From contig JBDQPD010000056.1 of NCBI GenBank assembly GCA_040260805.1, positions 1 to 21,799 of the forward strand: a stretch of 21,799 bases of DNA, read 5' to 3'. The notes beneath the pieces are model-generated. The model saw only the letters and a list, made by a program, of their open reading frames with translations. It searched no databases and was not told where the DNA came from. A program made the position numbers and the translations under genes. The first letter of the stretch is position 1. Every line of letters begins with the position of its first letter. Positions 17,688 to 21,799 of the stretch are shown here, one piece after another. This DNA comes from Myxococcota bacterium. GTDB lineage: Bacteria > Myxococcota > UBA4151.

Positions 17688-18634
17688 TAGAGATGCTCCG
17701 CATACTGCTCAAAAGGAGCGTCCGACTCGCCGGTAGGCTCAAAGAAGCGGATCGCCTCCATCGAGGCTTGAGGCTCGTCCGTCCAAACCGCTCGAACTCG
17801 CATCCCCATGCGCACCTCATCAGGGTCGCCGCCGACCAAATGGATGAGGGGCACATCCGAACCATCAAGGACGATGGCAGCGCAGACGTAAGGAGGCGGC
17901 AAACGTTGGCCGGGAAACTCAATTCGAATGACTGAAAAGGTGGTCACCATCCCCGTGCTCGCCACCTCAACTTGCTCATCACAGACCTCGCCGCTGGTCG
18001 TGCACGCGCCGCGCGGCGGGATCAAAACCTGACCGGTGTCCGGTGAGCGTCTTCCGACCAACCGTCGATCCTTAAGGTGGGTCAGAAAGGTCGACTGAGT
18101 CACGCCGGCTCGGATCACGTAATCCAGACCGACCGGAATCACGGCGCGCTCAATCGCTTCGCCGTCGCAGGGTTCCGGCGGGCTAGCCTGATCGACGGGC
18201 ACAAAAGCCTCGATGTCGGTGATCGCCCCTTGGCGCTCAACGCGCCACCTTGGCGCCACGCGAAGGCCGGGCTGAGCCAGCGAAGAGTCCCCTTGAGTGT
18301 CAAGCGCGTGGACAAAGAAGCTGTCGCTCCCATCGAGTCGAACCCGCGCGAAACCGAAGGGCGTTTGGATGGGGTGATGTGGCGCGGGGCGCTCGATCCA
18401 ATACACGGTTTCGACCGTGCCTTGACCGGTCAAAGGCACCAGCTCGGTCAGCGCTTGAGCGTCGTTGGGGTGAAACTCAGTAGGTGGACAAAAAACCTCG
18501 CCTTGGGCGCTTCGAACGCCGACCAGTTGCCCTGATCTGAGCCCCGTAAAAAAGGCACCTAAGACAGGGCCCAAACCTCGTTTGTAGGGGTACTCTAAGC
18601 GATAAGGTGCGGTGAACTCAGCTGCCTGGCTCAT
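17687..18634 (-). CDS. Tandem DUF35 (rubredoxin-like + OB-fold) protein, Rv3521-like; partner of Ltp3/Ltp4
   Basis: Two DUF35 repeats (GPVLGAFFTGLR..LVGVR..PP / FLTHLKDRRLVGRR..PPRG), PFGFARVRLDG, VRMGMRVRAVW, ending FEPTGE.DA....Y.EHL. Confidence 0.82.
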   Translation of the reverse strand: MSQAAEFTAPYRLEYPYKRGLGPVLGAFFTGLRSGQLVGVRSAQGEVFCPPTEFHPNDAQALTELVPLTGQGTVETVYWIERPAPHHPIQTPFGFARVRLDGSDSFFVHALDTQGDSSLAQPGLRVAPRWRVERQGAITDIEAFVPVDQASPPEPCDGEAIERAVIPVGLDYVIRAGVTQSTFLTHLKDRRLVGRRSPDTGQVLIPPRGACTTSGEVCDEQVEVASTGMVTTFSVIRIEFPGQRLPPPYVCAAIVLDGSDVPLIHLVGGDPDEVRMGMRVRAVWTDEPQASMEAIRFFEPTGESDAPFEQYAEHL

Positions 18635-18638
18635 CTGC

Positions 18639-20141
18639 TCAACCCTCTTTCAGGATCATCGATAGATAGTGCTTCTCAGGACGGGTTGAGCTCTGCCCCA
18701 CATGAATGTGCTTGGTCTCAAAATAACCCTCTAGACCTTTGAGCCCAAGCTCACGCCCCAAGCCGCTTTGTTTGTATCCTCCAAAGGGATACTTTGGGTT
18801 GATCAGATGGTAATCGTTGATCCAGACCGTGCCAGTCTCCAGTTGACGCGCCACGTCGGTCGCTCGATCGAGATCACGAGACCAAACCGATCCACCGAGT
18901 CCGTAGATCGAATCGTTTGCCATCGCGATCGCCTCGGCTTGATCGCCGTAGCGCTGAATCACGACTACCGGACCAAAAATCTCCTCACACGCTGCGGTCA
19001 TCTCTGAGCGAACATCGGTAAACGCGGTCGGCTCATAATAGAACCCGTTCGGGTCACAATGCGAAGGACGCTTCCCCCCGAAGATCAGGGTGGCACCCTC
19101 ATCGATCAAACTTTCAACATAGCGCTCAGTGGTCGCCCTTTGCTGCTCTGAAACCAGCGGTCCGACCGTCGTGTCCATGTCCATCGGGTCACCCACGATC
19201 ACGTTGTCCATTTCGGCTTTGAGCCGTGCGACAAATTCATCGTGCAGCGCATCGGGCACCAAAATCCGAGTCCCAGATTCGCAGACCTGCCCTGAATGAA
19301 AGAAGGTCCCAAAAATGGCGCCCGGAACGGCGATGTCTAGGTCCGCATCGTCGAGCAAGATCGTCGCCGACTTGCCACCGAGCTCAAGCAAGCAGTTGGT
19401 GACTCGATCGGCGCAGGATTTCATCACCTGCTTGCCCACGGACGTTGAGCCCGTGAAGCTGACTTTGCGCACATCCTGATGAGCCACCATCGCAGCACCA
19501 AGCTCGGGCTCGGGTCCGGTCACAACATTGATCACGCCCGGCGGCACGCCAGCCTCAGTGCAGATTTTAGCCATCATTAAAGCCGTCGCCGGCGTGTGCG
19601 GAGAGGGTTTGAGCACCAAAGTGCAACCAGCGGCCAGCGCTGGAGCGACCTTCCAAGACGCTGCGGCGAAGGGAAAGTTAAAGGGAATGATCGCAGCGAC
19701 GACGCCGACCGGTTCGCGGCGGATAATATTGGTCGCTTCGATCGGGAAGAACTCTTGGGTCGCCTGCTCAAGCTCGAGCTCTTCACAAAAGTCGGCGTGC
19801 TGACCAAAGCTCATGTTGGCGCCCATGATGTCAGCGCCGTTGCCTTTGCGCATGGTGCCACCGGAATCTTGAATCTCGGCCATCACTAGGTCCATGTGAT
19901 GGTCGGTGATCAAGTCGGCTATGGCTCGAAGAACCACCGCCCGCTCAGCGGGCGTCTTGTTGCGCCAAACCCCCTCATCATGAGCTCGCTTAGCAGCGGC
20001 GATCGCTGCGTTGACATCGTCGACGCCGGCTGCGGCGAAGCGTGCCCAAACCTGACCGTTAGCCGGGTTGATCGATGGATACGTTGCGCCGCTGAGCGCA
20101 GGACGCTCCTCGCCGTCGATGAACAAGCCGTGAGTGTCCAA
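18639..20141 (-). CDS. NAD(P)-dependent aldehyde dehydrogenase
   Basis: PFNFP, KPSPHTP, FTGSTSVG, LELGGKS, GQVCESG (catalytic Cys), EEIFGPV and PFGGYKQSGLGRE. TTG start. Confidence 0.92.
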   Translation of the reverse strand: MDTHGLFIDGEERPALSGATYPSINPANGQVWARFAAAGVDDVNAAIAAAKRAHDEGVWRNKTPAERAVVLRAIADLITDHHMDLVMAEIQDSGGTMRKGNGADIMGANMSFGQHADFCEELELEQATQEFFPIEATNIIRREPVGVVAAIIPFNFPFAAASWKVAPALAAGCTLVLKPSPHTPATALMMAKICTEAGVPPGVINVVTGPEPELGAAMVAHQDVRKVSFTGSTSVGKQVMKSCADRVTNCLLELGGKSATILLDDADLDIAVPGAIFGTFFHSGQVCESGTRILVPDALHDEFVARLKAEMDNVIVGDPMDMDTTVGPLVSEQQRATTERYVESLIDEGATLIFGGKRPSHCDPNGFYYEPTAFTDVRSEMTAACEEIFGPVVVIQRYGDQAEAIAMANDSIYGLGGSVWSRDLDRATDVARQLETGTVWINDYHLINPKYPFGGYKQSGLGRELGLKGLEGYFETKHIHVGQSSTRPEKHYLSMILKEG

Positions 20142-20159
20142 GTGCGAGATCGCTCCGAG

Positions 20160-20489
20160 CTAGTTTTGAGGAAAGATCTGCTTGAGTTTCATCGCCATCG
20201 GGATGGCGCCCTTGATCTTCATTTTACCGGTCATAAAGGCCATCTGACCGTTGAGGTCGCCGTTGACCATCGACACGTAGTCGTCACCCTTCATGATAAA
20301 GGTGGTGGTGGCTTTCTCAGCGGCACCCTCGTGCACTGAAAAGGTCCCGTCGCTGACGTTCACATGCCAGGTTCCCGAGGGCTCAAGATTGAACTGATAG
20401 GTTGCGGTGACGCCTTTGGCACCCTCGGCGGTAAAGCGCTTGTCCAGCGTGGCGAAATATTCTTGAACATCGTTGACTCGAAAACTCAT
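20160..20489 (-). CDS. Stand-alone SCP2 sterol-binding/carrier domain protein (109 aa)
   Basis: ATYQFNL..GTWHVNV.DG and LNGQMAFMTGKMKIKG...MAMKL SCP2 signature. Start reassigned to ATG 20489 because GGGAG lies 6 nt upstream and the longer ORF would span the operator. Confidence 0.88.
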   Translation of the reverse strand: MSFRVNDVQEYFATLDKRFTAEGAKGVTATYQFNLEPSGTWHVNVSDGTFSVHEGAAEKATTTFIMKGDDYVSMVNGDLNGQMAFMTGKMKIKGAIPMAMKLKQIFPQN

Positions 20490-20536
20490 GAGGTACTCCC
20501 TTATCATCGTGAAAAATGGATGCGTGTCGGTGCGAA

Positions 20537-20550
20537 TAGAACACGTTCTA
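20537..20550. promoter_or_regulatory. KstR-type operator upstream of the - strand side-chain operon
   Basis: TAGAACACGTTCTA is a palindrome with perfect 6-bp arms (TAGAAC-nn-GTTCTA) matching TnnAACnnGTTnnA. It lies 47 nt upstream of the SCP2 ATG. Confidence 0.88.
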
Positions 20551-20575
20551 GTCGTCGCGAGGGGCATGCTGTCAA
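20545..20575 (-). promoter_or_regulatory. Putative sigma70-type promoter for the SCP2-fdxD operon, with -10 overlapped by the operator
   Basis: On the - strand, TTGACA (20575-20570) is followed after 19 nt by TAGAAC (20550-20545). The -35 is perfect, but the spacer is long and the -10 is imperfect. Confidence 0.5.
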
Positions 20576-20653
20576 GCGGGCACAGTGCGCGCGCTGCTTC
20601 GCTGCTCGGAAGGACGCTGGCCCCGTCCGTATTCGGGCTGACTCGAGCTGCGT

Positions 20654-21412
20654 CTAATAAGCGACCCAGCCGCCATCAACGGGTATGATCGCGCCGTTGA
20701 CATAGCGAGCGTCGTCGCTGGCTAAAAACGCTGCGACATCTCCTATATCCCGCGCTTTACCAAAGGGAGGTACCGTCGGAAAATGCTTCGAGTACCGCTC
20801 GAACCCCTCGGGGTGCGGTACAAAGCTCGAAGCCATTGCGGTCATCACTGCGCCTGGGCAGATGGCGTTGCAGCGGATGTTGTGCGGGCCGTAGAACCAC
20901 GCGACCGACTTGGTCAGACCGACGACGGCGTGTTTTGATGCCGTGTACGCAGCGCCCCCTCGGCCACCATGATTACCGGCAGCGGATGCGGTGTTGATGA
21001 TCGAACCACCGCCCTGCTCCATCATCACCTTTACGGCTAATCGACTCGCTAAAAACGGTCCCTTGGCGTTGACACCAATCAACCGGTCCCACATGTCCTC
21101 ATCGGTGTCGTGGAGCGGTGTCAGATTGTCCAAAACACCCGCGTTATTGCACAGTATGTTCAGCCCTCCGAACTCACTTTGAGCGCGCTCGACCATGCGC
21201 GCCACGTCTTCAGCGTTCGAGACATCGACCACCTCGGTGACCACCTGGTGTCCGGCTTCGATGAGCTTCGCGGCGACGCTATCGAGCTTATCAGCTTGCA
21301 GATCAGCCAGAACCAGCTTGGCGCCTTCCTGGGCAAATCGGCGAGCCATGGCGCGACCCATTCCTGAAGCCGCTCCGGTGATGACCGCTACTTGGTCTTG
21401 CAGTTTGGTCAT
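20654..21412 (-). CDS. Classical short-chain dehydrogenase/reductase (possible hydroxysteroid or alcohol dehydrogenase)
   Basis: TGAASGMG, acidic residue after beta2 (LADLQ, suggesting NAD preference), NNAG, YTASK and VDGG. ATGA overlap with the TetR gene. Confidence 0.9.
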   Translation of the reverse strand: MTKLQDQVAVITGAASGMGRAMARRFAQEGAKLVLADLQADKLDSVAAKLIEAGHQVVTEVVDVSNAEDVARMVERAQSEFGGLNILCNNAGVLDNLTPLHDTDEDMWDRLIGVNAKGPFLASRLAVKVMMEQGGGSIINTASAAGNHGGRGGAAYTASKHAVVGLTKSVAWFYGPHNIRCNAICPGAVMTAMASSFVPHPEGFERYSKHFPTVPPFGKARDIGDVAAFLASDDARYVNGAIIPVDGGWVAY

Positions 21413-21799
21413 GAACCTTCTCCGATCAAGCGGTTCGCAGCGGTTTGCAAATCGTCAACGACTTCGTCCTCGCTGCGCATCCCGTTCGCCCACGAGATCA
21501 GGCAGGCAAAACTGATCTGCTGAAGCAAACGACAGCTTTGCAGCTCACGCTCTGTCGCCTCACCGCTCGCGCCGCCTCGCATCCGTGCCAGAATCAACCG
21601 GTTCATCGTCGTTTGATGATTGTAAATTCGGCTCGTCGTTTCAGCGCCGCCGATGGCGGCGGCGCGCATCACAGCGCGTCCAAAGTTCGGACGATTAAAC
21701 AAGGCACGAGCCGTCAACACCAAGAGCTCAGCGACCCGGTCCGAGGGCTCGTCATCGGTCAAATCAAGGGCACCCACCACCGATTCAAAGGTCTTAGTG
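21409..21799 (-). CDS. kstR: TetR-family regulator, KstR-like C-terminal ligand-binding domain (N-terminal HTH outside the window)
   Basis: The frame stays open to the window end (...TKTFES-VVGAL). The pattern P.DRV..LL....RAL..RP....A.MRA ... L.SW.NG..S..EV..DL..A...LIG matches the KstR C-terminal domain as I recall it. Two KstR boxes occur in the window. The HTH is not visible. Confidence 0.68.
   Translation of the reverse strand, partial: TKTFESVVGALDLTDDEPSDRVAELLVLTARALFNRPNFGRAVMRAAAIGGAETTSRIYNHQTTMNRLILARMRGGASGEATERELQSCRLLQQISFACLISWANGMRSEDEVVDDLQTAANRLIGEGS

Noticed and set aside
17687..18634. Missing CxxC zinc ligands in the DUF35 repeats as a novelty
   Set aside because: As I recall, Rv3521-type tandem DUF35 proteins also lack these cysteines, so this is not distinctive.
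20463..20477. TTGAACATCGTTGAC as a third KstR box
   Set aside because: The AAC-GTT spacer is 3 nt instead of 2, the flanks do not fit the consensus, and it lies inside the SCP2 coding sequence.
20490..20567. ORF-track N-terminal extension of SCP2
   Set aside because: It runs through the operator and promoter. The RBS supports ATG 20489.
20612..20628. GGACG/CGTCC inverted repeat downstream of the SDR as a terminator
   Set aside because: Only a 5-bp stem, with no U-tract on the - strand.
1..21799. CRISPR arrays, tRNA/rRNA genes, IS elements
   Set aside because: The window is almost fully protein coding, intergenic gaps are under about 170 nt, and I saw no such signatures.

Overview
Dense, GC-rich (roughly 60% by eye) bacterial DNA carrying an aerobic steroid/sterol catabolism cluster arranged as two convergent operons. 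The + strand operon (about 448-9576) encodes an amidohydrolase and the 9,10-seco-steroid ring-cleavage and meta-cleavage enzymes HsaA, HsaC, HsaD, HsaE, HsaG and HsaF. It is interrupted between hsaE and hsaG by a 2.5-kb lipoprotein gene (deaminase-type amidohydrolase, thrombospondin type-3 repeats, OB-fold-like C-terminus) and followed by an orphan, motif-variant type III Mod-like DNA methyltransferase. The - strand carries a partial KstR-like TetR regulator and an SDR. These are followed by an operon of SCP2 sterol carrier, aldehyde dehydrogenase, tandem DUF35 protein, Ltp4, Ltp3, FadD19, a hotdog thioesterase, FadE26, FadE27 and FdxD, which resembles the actinobacterial sterol side-chain genes. 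Each operon is preceded by an exact KstR operator (TnnAACnnGTTnnA at 416-429 and 20537-20550). The non-catabolic genes look myxobacterial/deltaproteobacterial in style, so this may be a self-contained, actinobacterial-type KstR sterol regulon in a Gram-negative host. Host assignment and all orthology calls come from motif recognition and recalled sequences, not from searches.
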